64,000 nucleotides of DNA from Syntrophales bacterium (GCA_963668175.1 OY764159.1:4288001-4352000); one strand, 5' to 3'. Positions 37,753 to 48,439 are shown, counted from the stretch's first letter. The notes: generated from the sequence alone by a model not told the origin. Made by a program: numbers and translations.

Positions 37753-37869
37753 CCCTCTCAGGCGGGCGATATCGGCCGCATAAATGAAACACCGGGCAAT
37801 ACCGCCGTGAGCATCCTCCGCCGGGCTTCTTTACAATGGCGCCTGCGGATGGAGTCAGGAGTACCGATC

Positions 37870-38307
37870 ATGAATGGCACCAAACGAGAAACAGGAGGGA
37901 TCAAGGCATATATCCGGAAATTGCTGGAGGAATGCGGGTTACCGTCCGACGAAAGGACTTTATCGCGCCTTCAGCATTTTCTCGTCATGAAGAAAGATGA
38001 CAGGGAAGTGGTTGGCATCGTTGGGCTGGACGCATTACCTCCAGCCGCAGTGATCCATTCGCTCGCCGTTCATGTGTCCTACCGGAGACAGGGATTGGCT
38101 TCCCAGCTCTTGGAAGAGATTGAGGTCGATGCACGGGCCGCCGGATACACCAAATTGTTTCTTGCCGCCGCGACAGACGTCGATTTCTTTTCCCATCGGG
38201 GTTATCGTCCGCTGGCCGAAGGGGACCTGCCGGCTGGCCTCTTTACAAGGGAGAACGCGCTTCCCAAGGGCGCGGGGCAAGTTGTCTATATGGGTAAAGA
38301 TTTATAA
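37870..38307 (+). CDS. GNAT N-acetyltransferase (ArsN2/ArgA-like)
   Basis: SLAV..SYRRQGLASQLL acetyl-CoA motif, FFSHRGY; RBS AGGAG before ATG 37870. Confidence 0.8.
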   Translation: MNGTKRETGGIKAYIRKLLEECGLPSDERTLSRLQHFLVMKKDDREVVGIVGLDALPPAAVIHSLAVHVSYRRQGLASQLLEEIEVDARAAGYTKLFLAAATDVDFFSHRGYRPLAEGDLPAGLFTRENALPKGAGQVVYMGKDL

Positions 38308-38329
38308 CGATCCGACCTGATATAAAGTT

Positions 38330-38356
38330 GCGCATCATCCAGGGGGGTGATGACGC
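38330..38356. terminator. hairpin between convergent genes, possible terminator
   Basis: GCGCATCATCC-loop-GGGTGATGACGC imperfect stem; no clear U-tract. Confidence 0.35.
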
Positions 38357-38474
38357 TATAGATCGATCCTATACCGGGATGAGAACCTGACGGATACCGC
38401 CCATCATGCGAATGCCACCATGCATATCCACTGGACAAACACTGCTATCGGCAAGGACAAGAAACGTCCGCCCT

Positions 38475-38735
38475 TTAAGCATCGCCCTCGGGCTCGGCGT
38501 CTTCCGGTTCCACCCAGACGATATGCCTCTTGTTGACAATGAGGACTTTGTCCTGCGCACCCAGGGAATCGACGCCCCAGACGGCGACAAAGGAAGACTC
38601 CCCTTTCAGGAAGACGTCGGAAATGCGTTTTCCTTTTTCGACAAAGATCTTTCCCCGGATCAGTTCACCGTCTACGGTCTTGAAGGAAATATACCGGGCC
38701 TCGCCCTTGGCCCGCACCGAATCTTTTTTGCTCAT
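38475..38735 (-). CDS. small hypothetical protein (86 aa), possible Sm/Hfq-like fold
   Basis: RBS GGAGG before ATG 38735; beta-rich pattern ISFKTVDGELIRGKI...LIVNKRHIVWVEP. Confidence 0.7.
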   Translation of the reverse strand: MSKKDSVRAKGEARYISFKTVDGELIRGKIFVEKGKRISDVFLKGESSFVAVWGVDSLGAQDKVLIVNKRHIVWVEPEDAEPEGDA

Positions 38736-38981
38736 CTTCCACCTCCCCTCGCTAAATTGCACACTCATGGGTGCCCATAAGCCCGATTGCAAACGGCAAC
38801 CTCGGGTTGTCAAAAGCATATAGAATTGCCATGATGGCTGTCAAGAAGAAGAAAAATGACGAGATCCCCGGATCTCGGTTGCCACAGAATCGGGGATGGC
38901 TTTCAGAGACTGATGAAACATAGCTGATGAACCCGTTTGCCGGAACGCAACCTCACCGCATTAAAAGGATTTTGTCCGAAC

Positions 38982-40211
38982 GTGCTTGATAACGAAAAGA
39001 AGATCGTCCTTTTCACATTCGTCGCCCATTTTTCGTTCCATTTCTACGAAATCGCCTTTCCTGCCCTCGCTATCCCTCTCATGGCGTCTTTAAAAATGGA
39101 TTTGAAAGATGTCCTGGCCCTGGGATTCCCGATGTATCTCATGTTTGGACTCTGTTCGCTGCCCTGGGGAATCTTCGCGGACCGCTTCAGCAACCGGAAG
39201 GCCTTGCTCATCTGTTATTTCGGCGGCGGTCTGGGCGCATTATTAACCGGCTTTTCCTCATCCGTTTTAATGCTTACATCTTCGCTTGCCGTTGTGGGCG
39301 CTTTTGCCTGCATCTGCCACCCGGCAGGCATGGGCCTGATATCCCACGGCATCCGGAACCGCGGAACCGCTCTGGGGATCAACAGTATTGCCGGGAGTGT
39401 GGGTTTGACGGCCGGCCCTTTCCTGGCCGGATTGATCAACTGGCTGGCCGATTGGAGGATGGTCTATTTCGCAATGGCCGCGTTCAGTTTCGTCTGGGGT
39501 CTCGCCCTGCTTGCGACCCCGATCGACGAGACACCACTCGCGGAGGAACATCACGTACTACAAACGAACGGACAACCATCGAAGAAACGCGGGCTCAACA
39601 TCCTGCTCTTCTTTATCATCTTAACCTTAGGCGGACTGGCCTACCGGATCAACATCGTCATCCTTCCGGCCTATTTCGAATACAATGCCCACTTTCTGTT
39701 CAATCTGGTCCAGGGCATTCGATTGCCGAACATGGGGGCGACATCCAGTGTAGCAGCCGCCATTCTCGTATCCTTTGTTTACATCGTCGGCATCTTTGGA
39801 CAAATAGCAGGAGGAAAGCTGGCCGACCGCTGCGATCTTCGCAAACTGTACCTCGTTTTCAACGCCATAAGCTTGCCGTTTGCCGTCTTGATGGCCTATT
39901 CTGATGAACAGCCCCTCGTCCTCTGCTCCGCAGCTTATGTCTTTTTCGCTTTAGGCATTCAGCCCATCGAAAACAGCCTGGTTGCAAAGTTCACGCCCCA
40001 GCGGTGGAGGAGCACCGGCTACGGCATTTCCGCTATCCTGATATTCGGCGTGGGATCGCTCGCGGTCTACATGGTGGGATGGATCAAGGATCGCTGGTTT
40101 CTTGGGGCGTCGTATCTATTCGCGGGAGGCCTGATACTGGTTATCGTTCTCGGCATCATGCTCCTGATGAAGAACACGAGCGGACAGGACTTCAGGAACC
40201 GGCGGCTTTGA
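38982..40211 (+). CDS. MFS transporter
   Basis: About 12 TM helices; GIFADRFSNRK and GKLADRCD MFS motifs. Start set to GTG 38982. Confidence 0.9.
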   Translation: MLDNEKKIVLFTFVAHFSFHFYEIAFPALAIPLMASLKMDLKDVLALGFPMYLMFGLCSLPWGIFADRFSNRKALLICYFGGGLGALLTGFSSSVLMLTSSLAVVGAFACICHPAGMGLISHGIRNRGTALGINSIAGSVGLTAGPFLAGLINWLADWRMVYFAMAAFSFVWGLALLATPIDETPLAEEHHVLQTNGQPSKKRGLNILLFFIILTLGGLAYRINIVILPAYFEYNAHFLFNLVQGIRLPNMGATSSVAAAILVSFVYIVGIFGQIAGGKLADRCDLRKLYLVFNAISLPFAVLMAYSDEQPLVLCSAAYVFFALGIQPIENSLVAKFTPQRWRSTGYGISAILIFGVGSLAVYMVGWIKDRWFLGASYLFAGGLILVIVLGIMLLMKNTSGQDFRNRRL

Positions 40212-40293
40212 GACGAGCATTCAGCTCTTTTCGATCAGTTCCAGATGAAGAAACGGTTCCTTGAACCTGATAGGATTGTCGCCGGGACCGGAA

Positions 40294-40899
40294 TTAAATC
40301 CCTTTAATCATATCGCAGGCTATCTCATAATCCTCCGGACGGTTGAGATTGAGCAGAATCCCCGGATCGTCGCATTCGACGGTCAGGGTTCTGCTCTCGT
40401 ATCCGGACAAAAAGGACCGCATTCCCTCCGGCCCGTCATAATGTATCAGATCCCCGATAAGGGACGATGAAATCAGCGGCGGGTGTCCATTCCTGTTCCT
40501 ATAACAGGGACGGCAAATGTCCGTTCCGCTTGACAGGAAAGCACCGGCCAGGAGCGCCAATGTCCCGGGCCGGACCAGTGGAAAATCGACGGGCAGAAGA
40601 AAAAAAGCGCGGCAATCGGGAAGGAGATGCCGCACGCCGACTTTGACGGAGGAAAGCATATCCTTCTCATAGTCCTCGTTCACTGTCCAGCGGGCGCCGC
40701 AGGACTCTATAAGTGCTGTGAGCCTTCGCGCCTCATGCCCTAGAACGATCAGAATATCCGTTATGCCTTGGGCCCTGAAAAGGCCGATGACCCGTTCGAT
40801 GAGTGTGTTTGGACCCAACGGCAGAAGGGGCTTGAACAGCCCCATCCTCGACGAGAAACCGGCGGCGGGTATCAAACCGGCCATGCCCGGCTGAATCAT
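40294..40899 (-). CDS. MocA/MobA-like molybdopterin nucleotidyltransferase
   Basis: AAGFSSRMG.FKPLL, MLSSV, LPVDFP, GHPPL, PGILLNLNRPEDY. Confidence 0.88.
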   Translation of the reverse strand: MIQPGMAGLIPAAGFSSRMGLFKPLLPLGPNTLIERVIGLFRAQGITDILIVLGHEARRLTALIESCGARWTVNEDYEKDMLSSVKVGVRHLLPDCRAFFLLPVDFPLVRPGTLALLAGAFLSSGTDICRPCYRNRNGHPPLISSSLIGDLIHYDGPEGMRSFLSGYESRTLTVECDDPGILLNLNRPEDYEIACDMIKGI

Positions 40900-41981
40900 A
40901 GGACTGCCCCCTTGTTTTCGGCATGGCCGGAGGCCCTTTCGGCAATCAATTCGGCAACGATGCTGACGGCAATCTCTTCGGGTGTCCGGGCACCGATATC
41001 CAAACCGATCGGACTATGTATGCGCTTCAGGTCTTGCTCGCGCCATCCGCCTTCGATGAGAGCCCGATAGATCGTGTCCCGCTTCCTCTTACTGGCAATC
41101 ATCCCGATATAACCGGCCGGTGTTCCCATCGCCCGGACCAATACGGCCTGGTCATGATCGTGGCCGCGGGTGACAATGACGATGTAATCGCCTTCCGTTA
41201 TTTCGAAATCGGCAAAAAAGGCCTCGAAAGTCTCAGATACGTGAATTTCATCCGCCAGAGGGAAGCGTTCTCTATTGGCGAAATCCGCCCGATCATCGAC
41301 AATTACCGTCCTGAGATCGACAAAATGACACAGCGGCGCCAGCGCTTCGCCGACGTGTCCGGCGCCGAAGATATAGACCGTCCCGGGGATACCGGCCGGC
41401 TGGATGAAATAACGTACATCCCCTTTCCCAAGAAGCCGCGTTCCCTCTTTAAGCCGGGCGGGCGCTATCATTTCCGGGTCGAACTGTGATAAATCGAGAG
41501 AACCGGTGTCGCAACCTTCTTCATCCGCCATCCCCAGACCTGTTGAAATACCGTTTCCCTCGCCCGTAATCGAACGGATGAGACAGGCCTTCTTGCCGTT
41601 CCGGCATCGATCGATAAGATACTTTATAAAACAAGGCCACAAGGAACCGCTTCCGGGAATATAATCGGCCAGAATCTCCATCCGTCCGCCGCAGATCATA
41701 CCGAGATCGGATGCGTCGCGATTGGTCAGGCGGTAATGTTCAACGGCCGACCGCGACGCCAGCATGACTTTTTGGGCAAGCATCTTTGCCCGCGCCTCAA
41801 GAATGCCACCGCCGACGGTGCCGGAGCATCCCCCTTCCCTGTCCACGATCATCATGGCCCCCGCTTCACGGGGTCCGGAGCCGGAACGGTCGATGACCGT
41901 CAAGAGGACCAGCGGTTCTTTTTTCTCCAGATACCGGGACAGTTGTTCAAGAAAAGACAGCGAAACAGTCGAAGCGTGCAT
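40896..41981 (-). CDS. xdhC: XdhC/CoxI molybdenum-hydroxylase accessory protein
   Basis: GSGPREAGAMM, GTVGGG, GMICGG, FGAGHVG, TRGHDHD, YIGMIAS, SPIGLDIGARTPEEIAVSI. Confidence 0.92.
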   Translation of the reverse strand: MHASTVSLSFLEQLSRYLEKKEPLVLLTVIDRSGSGPREAGAMMIVDREGGCSGTVGGGILEARAKMLAQKVMLASRSAVEHYRLTNRDASDLGMICGGRMEILADYIPGSGSLWPCFIKYLIDRCRNGKKACLIRSITGEGNGISTGLGMADEEGCDTGSLDLSQFDPEMIAPARLKEGTRLLGKGDVRYFIQPAGIPGTVYIFGAGHVGEALAPLCHFVDLRTVIVDDRADFANRERFPLADEIHVSETFEAFFADFEITEGDYIVIVTRGHDHDQAVLVRAMGTPAGYIGMIASKRKRDTIYRALIEGGWREQDLKRIHSPIGLDIGARTPEEIAVSIVAELIAERASGHAENKGAVL

Positions 41982-42061
41982 ATTACGAATCGCTCCTCCA
42001 TCAAGAATAACCGGAATTAAATTTAAATGATTCCGGCGAAAGACAAAAAGCCATCCATCGT

Positions 42062-42337
42062 TTATCCGTCACCATCCCTCCGCTTGACGTCATGTCTCCA
42101 GGGGTTGAGATAGGAACGGCAGCCGCGGCCCGCCTGGAGGAGTTCCTTATAGAATTCCCCCATGTTGCCGGGAAGGTTCATCATCCGGCAGACGTACCTC
42201 TGTCCCGTCCAGATAAGTTCGGGACATTGCCGGACGCAGGCGTCCGGATGCCTATACAAGCCGTACGTACAGGTATTATTAATACAGCAATAGCCACAAC
42301 CCACACAGGCATGATATTCTGTTGATGCCGCTGGCAT
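42062..42337 (-). CDS. small cysteine-rich hypothetical protein (CxxCxxCC)
   Basis: CVGCGYCC...C...C...CPEL...YVC...GC; 9 Cys in 91 aa; co-oriented with xdhC. Confidence 0.7.
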   Translation of the reverse strand: MPAASTEYHACVGCGYCCINNTCTYGLYRHPDACVRQCPELIWTGQRYVCRMMNLPGNMGEFYKELLQAGRGCRSYLNPWRHDVKRRDGDG

Positions 42338-42486
42338 GCAGTTCCCGTCGACAGAGGTATTGATTCATTTTTAATGCATTTTCAAAAGCTTGTCAAAGGA
42401 TGGTTGGTCTCCGGGCCTCGGGAATTGCATTGACACGAAAAACGGAATCATGATAGGGCACAGCGAAGACTTTTAAGAGGTAGATT

Positions 42487-43119
42487 ATGTTTTTGAAGCA
42501 GATGCAAGTCAGTCCCATGGCGATATTTGCCTATATCGTCGGCGATGAAGAGAGCGGAGAAGGTTTGGTCATTGATCCGGCAGCCAACACAGCCGGCATC
42601 GCGGCCACAGCAGAACAAAACAATATTAAAATCAAGTACATTGTGAACACTCACGGACATGTCGATCATATCTGTGGCAATACGGAGATGAAAAAGAAGA
42701 CAGGGGCCCGAATCGTTATTCATGAAGCCGACGCGGACTCGCTGATTTCAACGCCCGCCATGATCCTGCGTATGTTCGGCGCCCAGAAATCCCCTCCGGC
42801 CGACATGACCGTCCGGGACGGAGATAAAATAACCGTCGGCAAGGTGTCCCTGCAGGTCCTCCATACCCCCGGCCATACACCGGGGGGCATGTGTCTCTAC
42901 ACGGACGGGTATGTTTTTACGGGCGATACGCTTTTTGTCGGATCGGTCGGGCGGACGGATCTTCCCGGTGGCTCTTCCCGGATCATGATGCAATCCATCC
43001 GCGAAAAACTATTCGGTCTGCCGGACGACACCAAGGTTCTGCCCGGACATAATTACGGCAGCACGGCGATGTCGACCATCGGATACGAGAAGAACCACAA
43101 CCCCTTCCTGAGAGGCTGA
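42487..43119 (+). CDS. MBL-fold metallo-hydrolase (glyoxalase II-like)
   Basis: THGHVDH, TPGHTPG, TGDTLF, GRTD, PGH. Confidence 0.92.
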   Translation: MFLKQMQVSPMAIFAYIVGDEESGEGLVIDPAANTAGIAATAEQNNIKIKYIVNTHGHVDHICGNTEMKKKTGARIVIHEADADSLISTPAMILRMFGAQKSPPADMTVRDGDKITVGKVSLQVLHTPGHTPGGMCLYTDGYVFTGDTLFVGSVGRTDLPGGSSRIMMQSIREKLFGLPDDTKVLPGHNYGSTAMSTIGYEKNHNPFLRG

Positions 43120-43122
43120 CCC

Positions 43123-44007
43123 ATGAGCCAGAACGCCTTAATGAACTCCGATCTTAAGAATCTTAAGCTGCTCAACCGCGGCAAAGTCCGGGACATTTAT
43201 GATGTTGACCCGTATCTCCTGATCGTTACCACGGACCGGATATCGGCCTTTGACGTCGTTATGCCGAACCCGATCCCCGGTAAGGGTGAAGTTCTCAACA
43301 GGATGTCGATTTTCTGGTTCAAGCAGATGGAGGATATCATCGCCAACCACTTGGTGTCGGCCGATCCCGGGGAGTTCCCCGAATCCTGCCGTCCTTATGC
43401 CGAGTTGTTGAAAGGCCGGAGCATGCTGGTCAAAAAGGCCAAGCCGCTTCCCGTAGAGTGTATCGTTCGCGGTTTTATCAGCGGCTCGGGCTGGAAAGAC
43501 TATTTAAAGGAACAGAGTATTTGCGGCATCAAACTGCCTCCGGGTCTCAGAGAATCGGACAAGTTCGCCGAACCCCTGTTTACACCGTCCACCAAGGCGG
43601 AAGTGGGCGAGCACGATGCCCCGATGACGAAGGCGGAGATGGAAGCCCTGATCGGCAGAGAACTTGCGGAGAAGGTGATCCGCGTCAGTATTGCAGTCTA
43701 TGAAAGGGCATTCCGTCTGGCTGATGAGGCAGGGATCATCATTGCCGACACAAAAATGGAATTCGGCACTTTTGATGGGGAACTCATCCTGATCGATGAG
43801 TTGCTGACGCCCGACTCCTCGCGTTTCTGGCCAAAGGACAACTACGAGCCGGGGCGATCCCAGAAAAGCTTCGATAAGCAATTCCTGAGGGATTATCTGC
43901 TTTCTATCAAATGGAACCAGAAACCGCCGGCCCCGGAACTGCCCGAGGAGATCATCCGGAAAACCGGTGCAAAATACAACGATGCCCTGCGGCTTCTCAT
44001 CAAATAA
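43123..44007 (+). CDS. purC: phosphoribosylaminoimidazole-succinocarboxamide (SAICAR) synthase
   Basis: [56 protein letters not shown]. Confidence 0.97.
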   Translation: MSQNALMNSDLKNLKLLNRGKVRDIYDVDPYLLIVTTDRISAFDVVMPNPIPGKGEVLNRMSIFWFKQMEDIIANHLVSADPGEFPESCRPYAELLKGRSMLVKKAKPLPVECIVRGFISGSGWKDYLKEQSICGIKLPPGLRESDKFAEPLFTPSTKAEVGEHDAPMTKAEMEALIGRELAEKVIRVSIAVYERAFRLADEAGIIIADTKMEFGTFDGELILIDELLTPDSSRFWPKDNYEPGRSQKSFDKQFLRDYLLSIKWNQKPPAPELPEEIIRKTGAKYNDALRLLIK

Positions 44008-44367
44008 AATAAAGGCGACACCTTGACATAACCTCCCGGCGTTATTATCTCTTTATCATTATCACGGCAGGTCGGGAAAAGAGTGTGCCGGACAACGTCT
44101 TCCTCATCTGGTAATCGACGAAAGCGTTATTTCAGCACAAGACGAATTCGGGAATGCCGGTCTTTGTTCCGGCAGGTTCGATCCCGGTGCGGCCAGGGAA
44201 GCCGGGACCAGGGGTTTATTGATCGTTACGCGGTTCATTTTAAATGGAAATCGCCGGCAGTACCGTCGGAAAGCAATCATTCAAAATGAAGGCCGCCGAT
44301 AAAATGCGATTGCGGCCCGAAGATTTTTCATCCGGGTAGAAGAGTTCATAAGAGCGGAAAGTTATAG

Positions 44368-45420
44368 ATGACAAAGCGAGATTATTACGAGATTCTGGGT
44401 ATAGAGAAAAACGCTGCCGATGATGAAATAAAGAAGAATTACCGGCGGCTGGCCATGCTTTATCATCCTGACCGGAACCCCGGGGACAAAGAGGCGGAAG
44501 AGAAATTTAAAGAAGCCGCCGAAGCCTATGAAGTACTTTCCGATTCCCAAAAAAGGGAAATCTATGACAGATACGGTCACGAAGGGCTAAACGGTACAGG
44601 TTTCCGCGGCTTTTCCGGATTCGACGATATTTTTTCCAGTTTCGGCAGTATTTTCGAAGATATTTTCGGTTACAGCCAGGGAAGATCGCGGACAGCTGCG
44701 CGAGCGGGCGCAGACCTTCGTTATGACCTCCAGATTACCTTTTTAGATGCCGCATTTGGTGTATCGACCGAGATAGAAATCGTCAAGATGGAGTCGTGCA
44801 ACGAATGCAGCGGCTTGGGAGCGGCCCCCGGGACAACGCCCGAAACGTGCCCCCGTTGCGGAGGCCGGGGTCAAATAACCCAGTCAAGCGGCTTTTTCAG
44901 TATAAGTTCCACCTGCTCCTATTGCAGGGGACAGGGAACCATCATCACCAATCCCTGTAAAGCCTGCAAAGGTACGGGGAAGGAACAGACCAAAAAGACC
45001 GCGAGCATCAAAATCCCTGCGGGTGTGGAATCGGGCTCCCGCCTGAGGTTGAGAGGGGAAGGTGAAACGGGTCAATTCGGAGGCCCCCCGGGCGATTTGT
45101 ACGTCTTCATTCATGTCCAGCCGCATGAATTATTCGAAAGGAGAGGGAACGACATCTATTGCCGCGTACCCATATCTTTTGTCCAGGCGGCGCTCGGCGC
45201 GACGCTGGAAGTTCCCACGCTCAACGGAACGGAATCGCTGAAAATCCCTAAAGGCACGCAGCATGGCAAGTCCTTTCGCCTTAAAGGCAAGGGAATCCCT
45301 CACTTAAGGGGGTTCGGCCGCGGCGATCAATTCGTGGAAACCCAAGTGGTGGTGCCGACCAATCTGACACGTAAACAGGAAGAACTGCTGAGAGAATTCG
45401 AAAAATCTGGACAGAAATAG
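44368..45420 (+). CDS. dnaJ: chaperone DnaJ
   Basis: J-domain with HPD, G/F region, four CxxCxGxG repeats, C-terminal GDLYV. Confidence 0.97.
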   Translation: MTKRDYYEILGIEKNAADDEIKKNYRRLAMLYHPDRNPGDKEAEEKFKEAAEAYEVLSDSQKREIYDRYGHEGLNGTGFRGFSGFDDIFSSFGSIFEDIFGYSQGRSRTAARAGADLRYDLQITFLDAAFGVSTEIEIVKMESCNECSGLGAAPGTTPETCPRCGGRGQITQSSGFFSISSTCSYCRGQGTIITNPCKACKGTGKEQTKKTASIKIPAGVESGSRLRLRGEGETGQFGGPPGDLYVFIHVQPHELFERRGNDIYCRVPISFVQAALGATLEVPTLNGTESLKIPKGTQHGKSFRLKGKGIPHLRGFGRGDQFVETQVVVPTNLTRKQEELLREFEKSGQK

Positions 45421-45467
45421 TCCTTTTGGAGTATCGGTCTTGACGACGGGGAAGTGGTGTTTGTTTC

Positions 45468-45959
45468 GTGAAACGGTCAACGCACATCAAGCTGTCGGCA
45501 AAGAAAGGAATGATCATGACGACAAGAAGAAATCTCACCTGGTTGGCTTTGGCGGTTTTTGTCCTGTCCGGTTGCGCGGCCCCGGCCGTTGCCGTCCTGG
45601 CAGTGGGAGCTGCCGCCGGTACCGGCGTCGGAACTTATGCCTATGTTAATGGTGAACTGGTGACGGACTACCATGCATCATTCGACAAAGTCTGGTCAGC
45701 CTGTGAAAAGACGATTGCCGATATGAGGGGTTATGAGGTCCAGCCCGAAAAAGGGATAGGCGACGGGACCATATCGGCTGTCATAGAAGCCGATAAAGTC
45801 AAATTCACTCTGAAATATAAGAACAAGAATACGACGAATGTAGCCATTCGCGTCGGCCTTATAGGCAATCGGACATCGTCGCAACTTCTCCATGACCGAA
45901 TTCACGAAAATCTTGAAAAAGCCGAGCCCGAGAAGAAGAATGAAGCCGATAAAAAATGA
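45468..45959 (+). CDS. lipoprotein, DUF3568-like (true start probably near 45510)
   Basis: Signal peptide with lipobox LSGC, Gly/Ala stretch GAAAGTGVGTYAYVNGEL, IRVG. Confidence 0.75.
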   Translation: MKRSTHIKLSAKKGMIMTTRRNLTWLALAVFVLSGCAAPAVAVLAVGAAAGTGVGTYAYVNGELVTDYHASFDKVWSACEKTIADMRGYEVQPEKGIGDGTISAVIEADKVKFTLKYKNKNTTNVAIRVGLIGNRTSSQLLHDRIHENLEKAEPEKKNEADKK

Positions 45960-46020
45960 CAGCTCTTATACCGGAAAGAGCAATGTCGGCTGATCGCTGA
46001 CCCTGCGGGACAATTGGCTG

Positions 46021-47031
46021 ATGAAAAAAAAACTCATCATTGGCACGGCTTTAAGCCTTGTTCTCGTTTACTTGTCGGTCAGAGGCGTCAACTTCCAGAG
46101 CATCGCTGACGGTTTCAAGACCATCCGATACAGCTTCGTACTGCCCAGCGTTGCCGCCATGATGCTCATGCAGGTTCTTCGCTCCGTGCGATGGGGTGAA
46201 ATCCTTGCGCCCCTCGAAAAAATCAATCAAGTGTCTCTTCTATCGGCAACCTGCGTCGGCTTCTTCGCCATCGTCGCCATTCCGGCAAGGATCGGGGAAT
46301 TGGCGAGGCCCATCCTCATCACTCAGAAAAGCCGCGTGAAAATGAGTGCCGCCGTGGGGACGATCGTTGTGGAACGAATTTTCGACGGCGTATCCATCCT
46401 GGTGATAACATCCTTCGTTCCCCTTTTCCTGACCGATTTACCTGCCTGGCTGATCAGCTCCGGCCTTATTTTTTCTCTGATGACGTTTATACTGCTGTCA
46501 TGTATGGTTTTCATGATCGTGAAACGCAACAAGGCCGTTTCCATGTTTTCACACGTAACCAAGCTATTGCCCGATCGCTACGCCCAAAAGGCAGACGGCC
46601 TGATTCATCATTTTATCGACGGGCTGCAGGCCATAACGGATTTGAGACAACTGGTCCGCATATCCATCTTATCTATCATGATCTGGGCGGCCGATGTTGC
46701 CGCCTTTTACCTGCTTTTCCTGGCCTGCGGCCTCAATCTTCCCATAGCTGCCGCTGTGGTCGTGCTCGTCATTCTGATCATCGGCATCGCCATCCCAACG
46801 GCGCCGGGTTTTATCGGTAATTGGCACTACGCCTGTATTCTCGGATTGGGTCTTTTCGGAATTTCCAAGACGGACGCCCTCACCTATGCGGTCGTTTCAC
46901 ACTTCCTGTCCCTGATGATCATCATTATTCCCGGCCTTATATTCCTGCCCTTTAACCGGTTTTCGATCGCCGACCTCAAGCGGCAGTGGAGCGACGGAAG
47001 TTCTCATCCGGCATCAAGCCCTTCGGATTAG
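46021..47031 (+). CDS. lysylphosphatidylglycerol synthase TM / flippase-like membrane protein (UPF0104)
   Basis: RSVRW, PARIGELAR, VERIFD, PTAPGFIG; multi-TM. Confidence 0.85.
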   Translation: MKKKLIIGTALSLVLVYLSVRGVNFQSIADGFKTIRYSFVLPSVAAMMLMQVLRSVRWGEILAPLEKINQVSLLSATCVGFFAIVAIPARIGELARPILITQKSRVKMSAAVGTIVVERIFDGVSILVITSFVPLFLTDLPAWLISSGLIFSLMTFILLSCMVFMIVKRNKAVSMFSHVTKLLPDRYAQKADGLIHHFIDGLQAITDLRQLVRISILSIMIWAADVAAFYLLFLACGLNLPIAAAVVVLVILIIGIAIPTAPGFIGNWHYACILGLGLFGISKTDALTYAVVSHFLSLMIIIIPGLIFLPFNRFSIADLKRQWSDGSSHPASSPSD

Positions 47032-47059
47032 TTTTCTTGAGATGTATTGATATGTGTTC

Positions 47060-48439
47060 TTAATGGATCCCGTTGCTCGATTTGACATCCAAACCGTAGC
47101 TTTTGATCTTCCTGTGCAAATTGCTTCTTTCGAGGCCGATCGCTTCCGCCGTTTTGGAGATGTTACCTTCGAATTCACGGAGTTTGTTGGCTATATACTG
47201 TTTCTCGAAATCCATCTTCGCCGCCCGGAAAGAATCCAGAGCGCTGGCGGGCATGCTTTTCACATGAGCATCCACTGATCCCTTGACCAACAGGGGAATA
47301 TCTTCAGCCGTAATGACCTTACCCGACGTCATGATCACAAGGCGTTCGATGATGTTCTTCAGTTCCCTGACATTACCGGGCCAATTATGTTCCATAAGCA
47401 GGGAAAGCGCTTCATCGCTGATAGTCTTTTCGATTTCGCCTTCCTTCATGGAGAATTCCATAAGGAAGCGTTTGACCAGAAGGGCTATGTCTTCCTTTCT
47501 CTCCCTAAGAGGCGGGATCTTCAGAGGAATGACATTGAGGCGGTAGTAAAGGTCCTGTCTGAATCGGCCCTCTTCCATTTCCCTTTCCAGGTCCTTGTTG
47601 GTCGCAGCAATAACACGGACATCCGTCGTTATCAGCCGGTTCCCCCCGACACGCTCGAAGGTTTTCTCCTGCAGGATCCGCAGCGTCTTGGCCTGAACCT
47701 TCTGGCTCATGTCGGCCACTTCATCCAGAAATATCGTACCTTCATGGGCCAAATCGAATTTGCCCCTCTTCTTTGCGGTAGCCCCCGTAAAGGCCCCTTT
47801 TTCATGACCGAATAGTTCGCTCTCGATCAGCTCTTCGGGAATGGCTGCGCAGTTGACTTCCACAAAGGGCTTATGAGACCGTTTACTGTTTCTGTGAATC
47901 GCCCTGGCAACCAGTTCCTTGCCCGTCCCATTTTCCCCCATGATTAGAATCCAGGCGTTGGTAGGCGCCACAATGCCGATCGTCTCCTTAAGCTCCTGGA
48001 TGATCAGGCTGTCCCCGGTCAATTCATAGTTGTGAGTCAACTTCTGCTTCAACAACTTGTTTTCTTCTTCCAGCCTCAACATATCGAGGGCATGGTTGAT
48101 GATCAGAATGACCTTTTCCAATGACAGCGGTTTCTCGATGAAATCGAAGGCGCCGAGTTTCGTTGCTTTAACGGCCGTTTCGATCGTGCCGTGACCGGAC
48201 ATCATGATAACCGGAATGACCGGGAATTCGGTCTTGATGTACTTCAAGGCCTCGATGCCGTCCATGCCCGGAAGCCAGATGTCGAGCAGTATCAGGTTGG
48301 GCATTTCCTCTTCCGCCAGTCTGATGGCTTCTTCGCCGCTTCCTGCGGTCAAAACCTCAAAACCTTCATCCATCAGGATGCCCGAAAGGCTTTGACGGAT
48401 ACTTTCTTCGTCATCGACGACCAGAATTGTTCGTTGCAT
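47060..48439 (-). CDS. ntrX: sigma54-dependent response regulator, NtrX-like
   Basis: REC domain (VDDE, LDIWLP, SGHG), AAA+ (GENGTGKE, GAFTGA, FLDEV), C-terminal HTH. Confidence 0.9.
   Translation of the reverse strand: MQRTILVVDDEESIRQSLSGILMDEGFEVLTAGSGEEAIRLAEEEMPNLILLDIWLPGMDGIEALKYIKTEFPVIPVIMMSGHGTIETAVKATKLGAFDFIEKPLSLEKVILIINHALDMLRLEEENKLLKQKLTHNYELTGDSLIIQELKETIGIVAPTNAWILIMGENGTGKELVARAIHRNSKRSHKPFVEVNCAAIPEELIESELFGHEKGAFTGATAKKRGKFDLAHEGTIFLDEVADMSQKVQAKTLRILQEKTFERVGGNRLITTDVRVIAATNKDLEREMEEGRFRQDLYYRLNVIPLKIPPLRERKEDIALLVKRFLMEFSMKEGEIEKTISDEALSLLMEHNWPGNVRELKNIIERLVIMTSGKVITAEDIPLLVKGSVDAHVKSMPASALDSFRAAKMDFEKQYIANKLREFEGNISKTAEAIGLERSNLHRKIKSYGLDVKSSNGIH

Noticed and set aside
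44170..44195. GGTTCGATCCC as part of a tRNA gene
   Set aside because: The T-stem has a mismatch and no acceptor, D or anticodon arm could be folded; kept only as part of the structured-leader finding.
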